Assembly: GCA_951406725.2 (NCBI GenBank)
Contig: OX597814.1
Location: 68,138,001-68,202,000, forward strand
From: Octopus vulgaris
Lineage: Eukaryota
DNA length: 64,000 nt
Direction of reading: 5' to 3'
Shown here: piece after piece, positions 42,650 to 62,421 of the stretch
Position numbering within the stretch: position 1 is the first letter of the stretch
Layout of the letters: every line of letters begins with the position of its first letter
Notes under the pieces: model-generated
Database searches by the model: none
Told to the model about the DNA's origin: nothing
Seen by the model: the letters and a program-made list of their open reading frames with translations, nothing else
Position numbers and translations under genes: made by a program

Positions 42650-45600
42650 AGCAGAATTTGACCACCTCCCGTACCTACACCATAGCACCGTCATGCCATT
42701 GGATATGGCTTTTTAAACCAATGTTCTGAAAAGACACCCACACAGATTGCACCTCCGATTTGGACCACCAAGAGCTGCAGATAAGTTCCACTCTTTGTAG
42801 ATCTGAAAATGTCTTTTGAGGCCTCCGCTGGATTTGCAAACCTTCTGGCATACACTGTATTGAAAGGTATGCGAAAACATAGAGGCAAAAAAGTTGGTAG
42901 AGGTTCGTTTTCCAGATGAGATTTGGGCACAGCAAAAGATAGATATGGTCTGTCACAAACTGTGCACACAAAAAGGTTATTATCATTCACCCTCTCGATT
43001 GTTACCTTTTTCCTTAGATCTCTTTTGAGGCTTACATGCGTTATCCTGGCCTCTTCAGATGCTTTCATTCCACTCCACACCTTTGTTCGGCATCCAACTC
43101 GATCCGAAGGGTTTCTATATCTTCTGGAACCATTCCAAGTAACACCTTAGTAGTCCTTATGCCGTCCTTAGACCTATTTTAGGTTTACACCGATATCGTT
43201 TCCCCTCTGCAAGCTCACCATAAAACCGCTGTTTCGGCATGCGTTCATCTGCCATTCGAAAAATATGCCCAGACCATCATATTTGGTTCCTCAAAATTAT
43301 AGCTTTAATTGAGGTGATAGCTGCAGATTCAAGGACATCTCCGTTTGGAGTAAAAGAACTCCATTTAATTCTTAAAATGCGAAGACAGCATTTTTGGTGG
43401 AATTGTTCTAACAATTTAAAATGCCTTTCATAGCAACTCCAAGATTCACAGGAATAAAACAGGGATGGTAAAACAAATGATTTGTAAATAACCAGCTTTG
43501 TATTCTTATTTATATGTCGCTGGCACCAAATGTGTGGCGTGTCACCAAATGCTTTTGCTGCCCCTTGAATTAGCAGCTGTATTTCAGTATCAACATTTCC
43601 ATCATTTTGAACAGAGACTCCAATGTAGACGAATGACTTCCCTTAACAAAACTTTTAAGCTGGTCACAAACAGCACCACACGCAGGTTGATGAATTACAA
43701 CTGTCTTTTTCAAGTTGATGGTGAAGCCCAAATCATCACAAGCCAAGTCATATGCAGATACAAGAGATTGCAGACCTGTTTCAGAATGACTAACAAGATC
43801 GCAATCGTCAGCATGCAAAAGTTCCCTAATAAGTAAAGTAAAAACTTTCGTTTTGAATTTCAGTCTGGTCAGATTAAAAACATTCCCTGTTGTTCGATAT
43901 TTGATGTAAATATCCTCCTTAGAGTTTTAAAAAGTATGTGACAACACAACAGAAAAATATATTGCAAAGAGGGTGGGTGCAGCAAGGTTTCCTAGCTTTA
44001 CTCCATTTTCCACAGCAAAAGATTCAGAAAGCCTACCACCAAAATTAACTCTGGCTTTCATATCTTGATGTAAAGCCCTGATCATGTTTACAAATTTTTC
44101 TGGGCAACCTAGTTTCCTTAGAATTAGCCACAGAGCATTTCGATTTACAGCATCGAATACCTTGCTCAAATCAACAAAGCAATGGTATAGAGCAAGATTC
44201 TGTTCAGTACACTTGTTTTGTAATTCTCTGACAGTAAAGATACAATCAGCTGTGCTCCTGGGGGAACGAAAACCACACTGAGACTCAGACACTATATCTG
44301 GAACTATAAAGGTATTTAAACGTTCTAACAAAATGCGGGCAAGTACCTTTCCAACCACAGACAAATGTGAAATCCCACGAAAATTATCACACAGATCCTT
44401 TGGCCCCGGTTTATACAATGAGACTAAAATGGCATCAATCCAGTCTTGAGGCACTTTCTCAGTTCTCCAACAACGACAAATTAATATATTTAAGAGTTCA
44501 AACTTTTTGTCACCCCCATATTTCAAGACTTCTGCTCAGATTCCATCAAACTCTGGAGACATTGTTATTCAGCTTATTCACAGCTAAATAAATGTCATTT
44601 AGAGCTGGCTCAAATGCCATCTCTTCTATAACTGAAAGGTGTTCAATTTTTCTGTCGTTCTTATATGTCAACGGATGATGGTCTATTCAAAAGTGTAGAA
44701 AAATGTTCTACCCAGCACTTATGGATAGAAGCGGTGTCAGTCAGAAGCAAATGTCCATTTGCTGTTCTCACTGGAGCGATTGAAGAAAGTTTTGGGCCAT
44801 ATACCTCCTTAACATAAGAGTACAAACCCTTGGCATCATTTCTATCAGCTATTTCTTGTGCCCCCACTTTGCTCTATCATTCCACCATTCCTGTTTATAT
44901 TTTCCTTAGAGCAGTCTACACTTACCTTTTCAGCTTTCTGTAAGCTTCGTCTAAGTTGGCGTTCAAGGACTGAGAAAGAAGTGTATTGCCAAGTTTTGTT
45001 TTTCTAAAAGTAGATCATGAATTTCTGCTGATCTGTCTGACTACCAGTCACCGAACTTATGTGATTTAAATCCCACTGATTTTTATTTTGAAATCTTCCC
45101 ATAGATTGTTTGGGTCAATATTCATACTTTCTATAGCATCGTGGAATCTTTGCAAGTTGCTTGATAATTTAAAGTTTGCAAGGGTAACTTAGAACCAGAC
45201 TGTCGATTTTAGGCATTATAGAAAAATCAATTTTTGCACGCACATGATGATGGTCAGTCCAGCTCTCTACCCCTCACATGGCTTGAACGCTACAAACGTC
45301 TTTCATATCACGTTTTGTAATCAGAATATAATCTATGAGATGACAGTGCTTAGATCTTGGGTGCATCCAGGCGGTTTTATATTTATTTTTCTGCTTAAAC
45401 AGAGTGTTGGTGACAACCAGATTATTCTTAGTACAAAACATCAAAAGAGCTACTCCATTTTTATTGCATTTTCCAATCCCATGTCGACCTAAAACAGGCC
45501 AAGAAACATAGTCCTTTCCAACTCTTGCAGTGAAGTTTCCTAATATGACTAGCTTGTCAGAAATTGGTACTTTTCTCAATAATTGTGCTAGATCATCATA

Positions 45601-46440
45601 AAACTGTCCTACAGTTTCATCAGAATGGGACATTGTTGGTGCATAAATACTGACAACAGTAAGAAACCTACATTTTGTCAGTTTAATACGCCATGACATG
45701 ATCGTTTAGATATACCACTTGGAAGCTTTGGAATGGAGGATACTAATGTATTCTTGAGAGCAAATTCAACACCAGATTCTCTACGCTGACCTTTAGCTAG
45801 GCCTCTCCAAAAGATATTATATCCATAAGTAGGTCCATTTACTTGACCCTCGCCAAAGGGACGAGTTTCAGAGAGCGCAACTATATCAATAAGTGCAGTG
45901 AGTAGGCCTTTCTTGCCCTTTGTTGAAATTATCATCAAGAAGTGTGCGGACATTCCAAAACCAATATTCAAAAGATGTTTATTTTTACTTTTTCTTGAAG
46001 ATTGTTTGATCACAGTGGCAGGATGATGATCGGGTCCAGCCTATGATGCACTGGGACAACTGCCGAGCCAGACCTGTTCCCCTAACGTTCCCAAGCCTTC
46101 TTTTACTATTTACTGAGTCTTTTTAGAGTAAGTTACAAGTGCATTTTTAAGTTTCTGCCAACCAATCAATTCAAAGATTTTACGAAGATTTAGATTACAG
46201 GAAGTACCTGTGCAGATGAATAACTTTCAGTGGGTTTAGCTTGGACTGCACTACCCACCCTACTGGCCCAAGAAAACTTTCGCTGGTGTGACCTGAAAAT
46301 TGACAAAACCAGCAACCTACAAGGCCTCAGGTTTTATTTCGGAGACTTCCTTCTCCTAGGTAGATTACCAACCAAGGTTGAAGAGCTTCTACCTGACTAT
46401 GAGGTAAGCTATCCCATTCCAGACACCAAACCGACACTCA
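42650..46440 (-). mobile_element. Near full-length degenerate RTE-clade LINE (APE, RT, C-terminal zinc finger)
   Basis: DIVALSETR...RRESGVEFA; VSIYAPTM...FYDDL..LVILGNFTARVG; CDNFRGISHLSVVGKVLARIL...ESQCGFR..RSTAD...FVDLSKVFD...LAPTLF; HADD; CTVC...KSHL. Confidence 0.92.
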
Positions 46441-47714
46441 AACACTCTATAAAGTGATCAAATATCACTCTGGTGACCGACGCGGAGTAGCTCATTCATA
46501 AAAAGGTACGATATGTGATTTGCAAATGTAAATAAGAATCATATATAAATATAAAAAAATAAAAGTATATATATATATATGTGTGTGAGTGTGCGTGTGA
46601 CAGACTTCTTTCAGTTTCCATCTATGAAATTCACTGACATGGCTTTGGTCAAACCGAGGCTGCAGTAAAATACACTTGCTTAAGGTGTGAACAAGTGTAT
46701 TGCTCAAGATGTGAGACTGAACCCGGAACTATGTGGTTCGGAAGCAAGCATCTTACTACACAGCCATGTATGCACCTATACACATACACACACACATACA
46801 CACACAAACATACACACAGACACTCATAATCTATATATGCATATATGTATGTATGTGGGATGTATGTGTGTGTATATGTGCGTGTGTCTGTAGTGCTTGG
46901 AGCATTTTAATAATAAAAAGTGAATACCACACCTTTCAGTCAGCGGTCAGGAATTTTTAGCCTTTTACATTGTTACGCAGTTTTAAATGAGATGTCACAT
47001 ATAGCTATAATAAGAAAAAGTGTGTTTGTCTACAGTTAATGTTGTGATAAAAGGGTTTTGTACCAGTTCAAAAAGTAATATTTACTGCAGTTTGAAACAA
47101 TCCTTTATCACTTGAAAATATTGGTGATGAATACACAGCATATTGGTAAATGCATTCACAACATAGCAGACACTCTCGTCTTGCGTAAAATAACAACAAT
47201 AGCTCACTAATGAAGTTTGATTGAGCATCAATCAAACTTAATCGATAAACTTGCTTATTGTAGTAAAAACAATAATGTACCGGTTACTTTATCATATGAA
47301 TATGGAAGCGAGTTATATTCTTGTTAGTCTTGTCTCAGATCAAACAAATTACAATGAAAGGTATCCTAGTTGTGACCATTCTATAATTGCGTATTCCTCT
47401 TGAAGACCGTTGGTGCTGAATGTGAGGAAAATACGTGAAGCAATTAATTGTAGTATTTGGATCACAAATTACAAAGATGTCTTGGCCTTGTAGTTCAGCA
47501 ATATGTCTATCAACTATGATTCTGCCTACCGGATGACATATTCTAGCCGTAAATTCACATCGTTTGCTTTGTTGCATTCGAATATTTCAAGACGTATGAA
47601 CAAACGAAAAGTAATATCCCGGAGGTTATTTCCTCGTTATTAGTTGTCATTAATGGTTAAATTACAGTGATACTGCCATATGAGAGATAATAGATAAATT
47701 TCCTCATTACTTAC

Positions 47715-47813
47715 TAAGTCGATGTATAAATCTTGGTATTTTGGATCATCCACATATTTCTGCAACCTTGTTTCTACTTCATCGAGGTTAATATTCATTA
47801 TATCGTTACTAAT
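47715..47813 (-). CDS. CLC-family channel penultimate coding exon (99 nt, phase 0/0)
   Basis: ttttgttttctttaactacag|ISNDIMNINLDEVETRLQKYVDDPKYQDLYIDL|gtaagt; joins in frame to give ...YIDL-YPFIN..., matching the CLC DLxPYMN motif before CBS2. Confidence 0.85.
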
Positions 47814-47904
47814 CTGTAGTTAAAGAAAACAAAAATAAAGCGAATATATATATATATATATAATAAATCTTAGAGCGAGTTATAAACAGTAGCTGCAACA
47901 CATC

Positions 47905-48075
47905 GTGACGTATATTTGCCATTTAAATATGGCTAACCACTAAGGGTGGATGCTACTGATAGGGTGCAGAAAGTGTGTCTAAAGCCAGCTGGAGGAGGTG
48001 TCCTCCTGGGGCTACAAACTACAGTAGCATCCACCCTTAGGGGTTAGCCATATTTAAATGCCAAATATACGTCAC
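47905..48075. repeat. 54-bp inverted repeats around a ~63-bp spacer (pLTR-tail fold-back or MITE)
   Basis: gtgacgtatatttgccatttaaatatggctaaccactaagggtggatgctactg / cagtagcatccacccttaggggttagccatatttaaatgccaaatatacgtcac; related to 50575-50640. Confidence 0.9.
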
Positions 48076-48078
48076 TAT

Positions 48079-48110
<32 letters not shown>

Positions 48111-48112
<2 letters not shown>

Positions 48113-48675
48113 CAATATATAATGATAAAAGGAGGGAAATGGAGAGTTATGGATGTTTAAATCATTTATTTGCATGATATAATGACGACGTTGATAGTTT
48201 TGTTTTTATAAAAACGATACAAATAAATTATAAAGCTCTAAAAGAAAAGGCAGATGCCAAAAACCTACATATATGTTTCGATTCATGCCCCTAGGTGATT
48301 AGTAATTTTAAGCATTTTGTAGTCTTTTGTTAAGAATTGGTCATCATTTTCAACTATATGGGCTTTATGAGCTTATACTACAAAGATTAACATATTTCTT
48401 GAAAGGATGCAGACTAATTACTGATTTTAAGAAGTTAGAACATATATATTGTGCGTATGTATTTAGCTACAGAATTACAGATATAAGTAAAGATCAAATA
48501 GAATAAAATAAAAAATGAAAATAACATACAAATAATGGTGAAGTAAGAAGTTATACTATAAAAAGTAAAGAAAATATAAATGTATGTAAAATAGTATATA
48601 GATTTAAATAAAAGGAAAGAACGATACTCAAATATGCAAGAGAGGAATTTTATAATAAAATAAATGAAGGATAAG
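48111..48675 (-). repeat. Inverted copy of 51347-51884 (PLE pLTR-like); further partial tandem copy at 51885-52185
   Basis: Reverse-complement match including ctaggggcatgaatcgaaacatatatgtaggtttttggcatctgcc in all three copies. Confidence 0.9.
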
Positions 48676-48927
48676 ATAGCAAAAAAGTTATTACTCGGCC
48701 GTTGTAGATGAATTATTTTTATTGGTTTGGTAATAGATACAGTTGAGGAAATCTATGGATGCGTAGCGTTCACAACATATTGTGTCATATTTAAAATCAA
48801 GTATAGACGACGGTTTGAAAAATTTGAGCGTTATGATATGCATGTTAAACGCCTTACATGTGAACCCTTAGTCAATATATAAAATGCTTATATTATTTAT
48901 ATTCATGTATCTATACATTCGCATATA

Positions 48928-48963
<36 letters not shown>

Positions 48964-48964
48964 C

Positions 48965-48995
<31 letters not shown>

Positions 48996-49140
48996 TGTAT
49001 GTATGTATGTATGTATGTATGTATGTATGTATGTATGTATGTATGTATGTATGTATGGTTATAAAGAAAACGAAAAAATACAACGCGAGTATGTGGTACA
49101 TGCAAAGTATCAAAAGACGCCCAGGGAAAGAAAGAAATGT

Positions 49141-49177
49141 TGTTTTACGTTTCGAGCAAAGCTCTCCTTCAGGAACA
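49141..49177 (-). ncRNA. Degenerate minimal hammerhead motif (A9>G)
   Basis: Minus strand TGTTc-CTGAAGG-a-GAGC ttt GCTC-GAAA-CG-TA-aAACA; same layout as 3502-3539. Confidence 0.55.
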
Positions 49178-49325
49178 GGTGAAAGGAAGTCCAAGAGAGA
49201 AGGAAGACGGAGAAAAAATCGCCAACAATCCACATGTAGTTACAATTTATCCATACGCATTTACACATATACACACATATACGTATATTCATACTATACA
49301 CACACTCACACACACACACACACAC

Positions 49326-49366
<41 letters not shown>

Positions 49367-49899
49367 TATATTGAAAGCGCATAGCTTAGTGTTTAAGGTG
49401 TTGCATTCACGATCGTGGATTCAATTCCCAGACCGGGCGTTGTCTTGTATTCTTAAGCAAAGCACTTCATTTCACGTTGCTCTAGGATCATTTCTTCCTG
49501 TGACTTGTGGCACCTGTTGCATCTGTACTGGTAATGTCGATATGATGGTGGGAGTGAGCTTATGTGTACGCATATATTTGATCACAGTAAACAAATCAAA
49601 TCATCTGTGTGATTGTTCGGTAAGAAATTGTCGAACCCTCATAGTCGTATATATATATACTCACACTCAAAGTATATATATTTATTAAACTTATTTTTAT
49701 TTATCTATTATCAGAAAAGTTATTCTCTCGTAATAGAAAAAATATAGTAACACATTTGAGAATAGACATTTTAGATTCGGTCATTCTTTCCCCCGTAATT
49801 TGTTTATATATATATAAACTTCTATGAATTCTACAAAATTAGGTAATTTTTACACCTAGCGAAAACTTAATATTCCCAACGATAAACAAACACATAATG

Positions 49900-50330
49900 T
49901 ACCAGATAAAGCTAAGTTCAAATTTTCTAATATTAATAATCAAAGTGAGTCTACTGACCATAACCCACCGACTAATTCGTGTGATAATCTTAATAAATTC
50001 TGTGATTGTAGGGTGATCAATGTAAAATTAATAATTATTGAAAACGGAAGAATTTAGTATATACCAAGCTATAGTAGAAACTCTTTTTTTGATATCGGTT
50101 CAATGGAATCATATATGAAACTTAGATTGGCTATTCATAACTGTTCCTTTAGAAACCTCAATAAACGTTCTTCGACTAGTTCTAGTTAATTCATCTGAGA
50201 CTCTAATATCAGTTTCAAATTTAGATGAAGATTATATGTTCTTCAAAATCTTACCATCCACCTGATAGAAATTGTCAAATCTCCACTTCAGAGTACTATA
50301 ACATCCTTTTTCTCTTGTAAATGAGTGGGC
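49900..50330 (+). mobile_element. Highly degenerate PLE GIY-YIG fragment
   Basis: CDCR...YQAIVE...IGSMESYMKLRLAIHNCSFRNLNKRSSTS across broken frames; same type as the 17819-21586 endonuclease. Confidence 0.6.
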
Positions 50331-50690
50331 CTTAAACATTTTCGGGTTTCCTACACACTCCTAAATATCTATTTTAGAGATAGCATTACTTTCTAATTAT
50401 CACAATCACTAATTGTTAGGTTTCTTATTAACCATAAATATTTTTACTAAATTTGAAACTGAATTAATTAGATCCTTATTAGAACCAGCATCTATATCAA
50501 TAATTTTATACAGTATAAAATATACAATGCAAGTTATTTGCCAACATAATGTGGCAGTCCTGGTTAGGAATATTGCTACTGTTATTTATCCTCAGGAAAC
50601 ATCGTCTTCAGCTGGTTATACGACACATTATCTGTGTCCTTATATTTTCGAACAAGGGAGTTTAGCGTCCCCACACAGCTGAAAGCGATA

Positions 50691-50736
50691 TCTGCGTACC
50701 AATAGTTTCTGGTTTATTTCTCTTCATCAGCACAGA
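50691..50736 (-). ncRNA. Hammerhead motif with decayed helix II
   Basis: Minus strand TCTGTG-CTGATGA-agagaaataaacca-GAAA-ctattg-GTA-CGCAGA. Confidence 0.55.
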
Positions 50737-52266
50737 GTAACTGCTCGGCTAGAGATGGCGCCACTAAACTTTTGTTCGAAATATATACTTTTCAAAGTGA
50801 CACACAATCACTGATCTAATTAATTGAACATTATTAATTTCTAAATCTCTGAACGTGAGACATTCAGCAACAGTACTCTAGAGTAAATATTATTTGCCAA
50901 CATGATTATGACTGTTATTTGGCCCCATGAAACATCGTCTCCAGCTAAATATACTTATTTCTAACATATACACAATATATATAAATGGATAGAGTCCAAC
51001 AATCCTTCCATTTTATTTCTTTCGTAACATTTATAAATAACATCTTACATATAAATTCCTAGCATATACGTTCTTTCTTTCTTATTTCTACAGAGTAAAT
51101 TAAATTATATTATAATTCATATTTGTTAAATTATCTTTAAATATCAACAGTTGGATTAACTAGTAAATATTTATAATTTACCTTAGCAAAAAAAATCGAT
51201 CAAAATTACAATTGCATATAAGTAGGGAAAATAACCTTTCTTTTAAGTTTAAAAAGAAGTCACCTCGAACTGAAGAACTGTATCTATTACCAAACCAATA
51301 AAAATAAAACATCTACATCGGTTGACTAATAATCTTTTAACTATCCAACTTATCCTTCATTTATTTTATTATACAATTCTTCCCTCGCATATTTGAGTAT
51401 ATGCTATTTTACATACATTTATATTTTCTTTACTTTTTATAGTATAACTTCTTACTTCACCATTATTTGTATGTTATTTTTTATTTTTCATTTTATTTTA
51501 TTCGATCTTTACTTGCATCTGTAATTCTCTTGCTAAATACATACGCATAATATGTTCTAACTTCTTAAACTTAGTAATTCGTCTGCATCCTTTCAAGAAA
51601 TATGTTAGCCTTTGTAGTATAAGCTCATAAAGCCCATATAGTTGGAAATGATGACCAATTCTTAATAAAAGACTACAAAATGCTTAAAATTACTAATCAC
51701 CTAGGGGCATGAATCGAAACATATATGTAGGTTTTTGGCATCTGCCTTTTCTTTTAGAGCTTTATAATTTATTTGTATCGTTTTTATAAAAACAAAACTA
51801 TCAACGTCGTCATTATATCATGCAAATAAATGATTTAAACATCCATAACTCTCCATTTTCCTCCTTTCATCATTATATATTGATAAACTTAGTAATTCGT
51901 CTGCATCCTTTCAAGAAATATGTTAGCCTTTCTAGTATAAGCTCATAAAGCCCATATAGTTGGAAATGATGACCAATTCTTAGCAAAATCCCCTACTCAA
52001 ATACTTAGAATTACTAGGGGCATGAATCGAAACATATATGTAGGTTTTTGGCATCTGCCATCTGTTTTAAGAGTTTTATAATTTATTTGTATCGTTTTTA
52101 TAAGAAAATTTCAACCTCATTATGACATACAAATAAATTATTTAAACATCTATAATTCTCTATTTTCTTCCTTTCATCATTATTTCCAATATGTAGTTCT
52201 ATAATAATTCTTAACATAACGCCGATACTTTCTCTTTATCTGATAGTGATTAACTATCCTTGAATT

Positions 52267-56020
<3,754 letters not shown>

Positions 56021-56022
56021 TG

Positions 56023-56118
56023 TACAATTGTTTGTTTGTATTCCACCTGCCTTCGTCTTTTGTTTATTTCCGTAAACCTGCCTTCGTCTTTTGTCTATTT
56101 TCATAAAGCTTCCCGTTA
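56023..56118 (+). repeat. 96-bp 3' terminal piece identical to the end of the PLE at 3371-3466 (opposite strand)
   Basis: Exact reverse-complement match; abuts (TA)n. Confidence 0.9.
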
Positions 56119-56128
56119 TATGTATATA

Positions 56129-56227
<99 letters not shown>

Positions 56228-56268
56228 ATATATATATATATGTATGTATATATATATATATATGTATG

Positions 56269-56350
<82 letters not shown>

Positions 56351-56428
56351 TATGTATGTATATATATATATGTATGTATATATGTATATATATATGTATA
56401 TATATGTATATATATATGTATATATGTA

Positions 56429-56509
<81 letters not shown>

Positions 56510-56570
56510 ATATATCTATATATATGTATATATATATGTATATATATATATGTATATATATGTATATATG

Positions 56571-56601
<31 letters not shown>

Positions 56602-56610
56602 GTATATATG

Positions 56611-56643
<33 letters not shown>

Positions 56644-56644
56644 G

Positions 56645-56697
<53 letters not shown>

Positions 56698-56842
56698 GTA
56701 TATATGTATATGTATATATATATATGTATATATGTATATATATGTATATATATATATGTATATATGTATATATATATATGTATATATATATGTATATATG
56801 TATATATATATATGTATATATATATATGTATATATATATATG

Positions 56843-56905
<63 letters not shown>

Positions 56906-56947
56906 GTATATATATATATGTATATATATATATGTATATATATATAT

Positions 56948-57020
<73 letters not shown>

Positions 57021-57027
57021 GTATATA
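56119..57027. repeat. (TA)n/(TATG) microsatellite, ~0.9 kb
   Basis: Direct. Confidence 0.99.
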
Positions 57028-57482
57028 TCTCTCATTATAAAAGGCAGATTTTATCTGCCTCCCTTTGTCAGTTATAGAAATCTACAATATAGGATTTCTT
57101 CAATTACAATTTACCTAGCATTTTTAAGAGTAGAATGCATCAGGTCATGCCAGGTCCAGTTTTTCAAATTTAAACTCCAATTAAGCAAAATTTACAGAAA
57201 ACTCACATTCTGGTGTGTATGTCAAATGCTTTTCTTAATGTGGTTTAATACCACACGCAAACGCACACACACAGTGTGCAACGAATAAAATGAAAGTAAT
57301 TCACTTTCTGTAGTGAGTGACTCTTTCACTCTGCCTCCCACTTCCTCTTGACACACATAGACACGCAAATATATAAATAAAATTGTAAGCTAACGTGCGT
57401 GTGTGTGAGTGTGTGTGTGTGTGCGCGTGTGTGTGAGGGTGCGCGTGTGTGTGTGTGTGCGTGTGCGTCAGTGTGTGACAGG

Positions 57483-58160
57483 AAAGTTTTTTACGACGAA
57501 TATAAGACCTATATCCAAGTGGCAGAAAGATCGACCAAAAGTGTATATAGATATTTAAATGTATTTATATATTCATCTATACACAGATGTATGTATAATG
57601 TGTGTGTATATATTTCCATAGAGGTAACCTTTCACTCCATACAAAGTTTTTAGGACGAATATAAGATCTAAAGTATATACAAGTAGCAGAAAGATCGCCC
57701 AAAAGTGTATATAGATATTTAAATGTATTTATATATTCATCTATACACAGATGTACGTATAATGTGTGTGTATATATTTCTATAGACGTAACCATTCACT
57801 CCGCACAAAGTTTTTTAGGACGAAAATAAGATCTAAAGTTATCTCTAAGTAGCACAAAGATCGGCCAAAAGTGTATATAGATATATAAATGTATTTATAT
57901 ATTCATCTATGCACACATGCATGTATAACGTGTGTGTATATATTTCTATAGAGGTAACCATTCACTCCATATAAAGTTTTTTTGGACGAAAATAAGATCT
58001 AAAGTTATCTCTAAGAAACAGAAAGATCGCCCAAAAGTGTATATAGATATTTAAATGTATTTATATATTCATCTATACACACATGTATGTATAATGTGCG
58101 TGTATATATTTCCATAGAGGTAACCATTCAATCCATACAAAGTTTTTTAGGACGAAAATA
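57483..58160 (+). repeat. Tandem repeat, ~160-166-bp unit, about 4 copies
   Basis: aaagttttt..gacgaa.ataaga recurs at ~57483, 57643, 57807, 57973, 58139. Confidence 0.9.
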
Positions 58161-58356
58161 TTTATATATAAAAGAAAGGTTGTGTGTCTGTCTACTCCGA
58201 TTTAGATTCCTAACTACTCCCACATTTTGCGATGCAGTTTAACCATCATATCGAGCCCTTCTGGGTATTAGCGCGCGTCTACGATGAGTCAATGATTTTA
58301 CAAAATAATTTACCATCATTTTTTTCCATTTTAATGCATATTTTTTTTACACCAAT

Positions 58357-58878
58357 ATGCGTGCTCATATGCGACGTAATATCACATCAGCAGCATTTCC
58401 TGACATCCTCCTTGCACTTGGCGAAGGCAAAATACCAGGGGATGAAAATGGTAGTATTGCCATCGATTACATTTGTACCATTGTTAAGACGCCTTCTGAT
58501 CTCAGAGATGCAGTGTTCCCAGATCTACAAGCTAATTATCAGAATATGGATTGGATTGGCAAAAAGGCTATACTGGCCCCGAGGAATAAAACTGTTCACC
58601 ATATTAATGATGAAATGCTAAAACTCATTCCTGGGGAAGTCTATGTATATCAGTCTATCGATAAAACTCCTGACCCAGAGGACGTCATCAACTATCCAAT
58701 AGAGGTACTCAATTCCTTTGAGCACCCCGGACTACCACCACACTTTCTCAAACTTAAAGTTGGTGCCCCTATAATGCTCATCAGAAATTTGGTTCCCCCA
58801 AAACAATGCAATGGCACACGTTTGATCGTTAAGTCCTTATCTCCCACCGTAAACTTATATCAATATTTGCCTGAATAA
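58357..58878 (+). pseudogene. Helitron Pif1-like helicase fragment
   Basis: MRAH...LLALGEGK...AVFPDL...KAILAPRNKTVHHIN...YQSID...YPIEVLNS...GLPPHFLKLKVGAPIMLIRNL...CNGTRLIV. Confidence 0.9.
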
Positions 58879-58953
58879 TCATCATAATTCAGTGCAATCA
58901 TTAACAGTACTTTCAAGCAATTCAGCCCCGAGCAACGCCGGGCAGTTCTGCTA

Positions 58954-61539
<2,586 letters not shown>

Positions 61540-62421
61540 AAAAAGGAGTTGTCGAACACGAGTGGTGATATATAAAAAAGGAAATGAAGAAAATGCTGAC
61601 AAATAATTGAAGTAATTTAAGTAATTTAATTAGGTGAAAGTTCTTTTTACCGGTTGCGCATTTGTTATGCTTATCAAAATATAAAAGAGAGATTAGAGTC
61701 TGTCTCTTATATGTGAAAAAAAGAGGCTCCAGAGTTGTTTGGGATTTGCTTGGTTTCGCGCCTAAAATTTTGATTGGTCATTATGAAGGGGTCACGTGAA
61801 TGTTTGAATGGAAGTTGGTGTTGGGGTAAGAAAAAAGGCTCCAGAGAAGTTAAAATTTGGCTAGTGTCCCGCCTAAAATTTCTTTTGGCCATAATAAAGA
61901 GGTCACGTGAATGTTTAGAATTTTCGAAAATAGCGTTGTTGAAAATTCTTATTGTTCAGGCTGGTCAGTAGACGTCATGTGGATATTTTAAATAGCTTTT
62001 TAGCGCGTAGTTAGGGAGTGTATTTTCCGCTTGACTGGATAAGTAAGTTCGTTTAGAACAGGGAGAGCTGTATGTATGTATGTGTGTGCACAAGGAGACG
62101 CTACACACAACAACTCAACAACTACTCGAATACCTTATTAACAAATAAAAGAGGATCCCACTACCAGGATAGACACAACAACATCCACACCACGAGGGGA
62201 CAACAAGGTAATTTTCACTTTCTCAACTCTCACAATACACAACAAACCCATACCACTCGATACAAGCACCCACGCAGGCCACTCATATCACCACAATCCA
62301 TCACAACACAAAGAAACACACACCAACACCCGCAATACAGGAACACCCCATTCTATCCACAACCACGAACCCGAACCATATTTCACAACAAGGAATATAA
62401 CAAACACACAGGACCTCCTAA

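Larger units (their letters stand above)
57028..58954 (+). mobile_element. Composite non-autonomous Helitron
   Basis: A|TC start; 3' CCCGagcaacgcCGGG hairpin ...CTAG|T; second 5'-end-like segment at ~58162; helicase fragment inside. Confidence 0.8.

Noticed and set aside
47335-47577. 80-aa minus-strand ORF near the CLC exon
   Set aside because: No CLC similarity or convincing splice pair; the flanking exons already join cleanly
57483-58160. Regularly spaced repeats as a CRISPR-like array
   Set aside because: Whole ~165-bp units repeat with no unique spacers; eukaryotic satellite inside a Helitron
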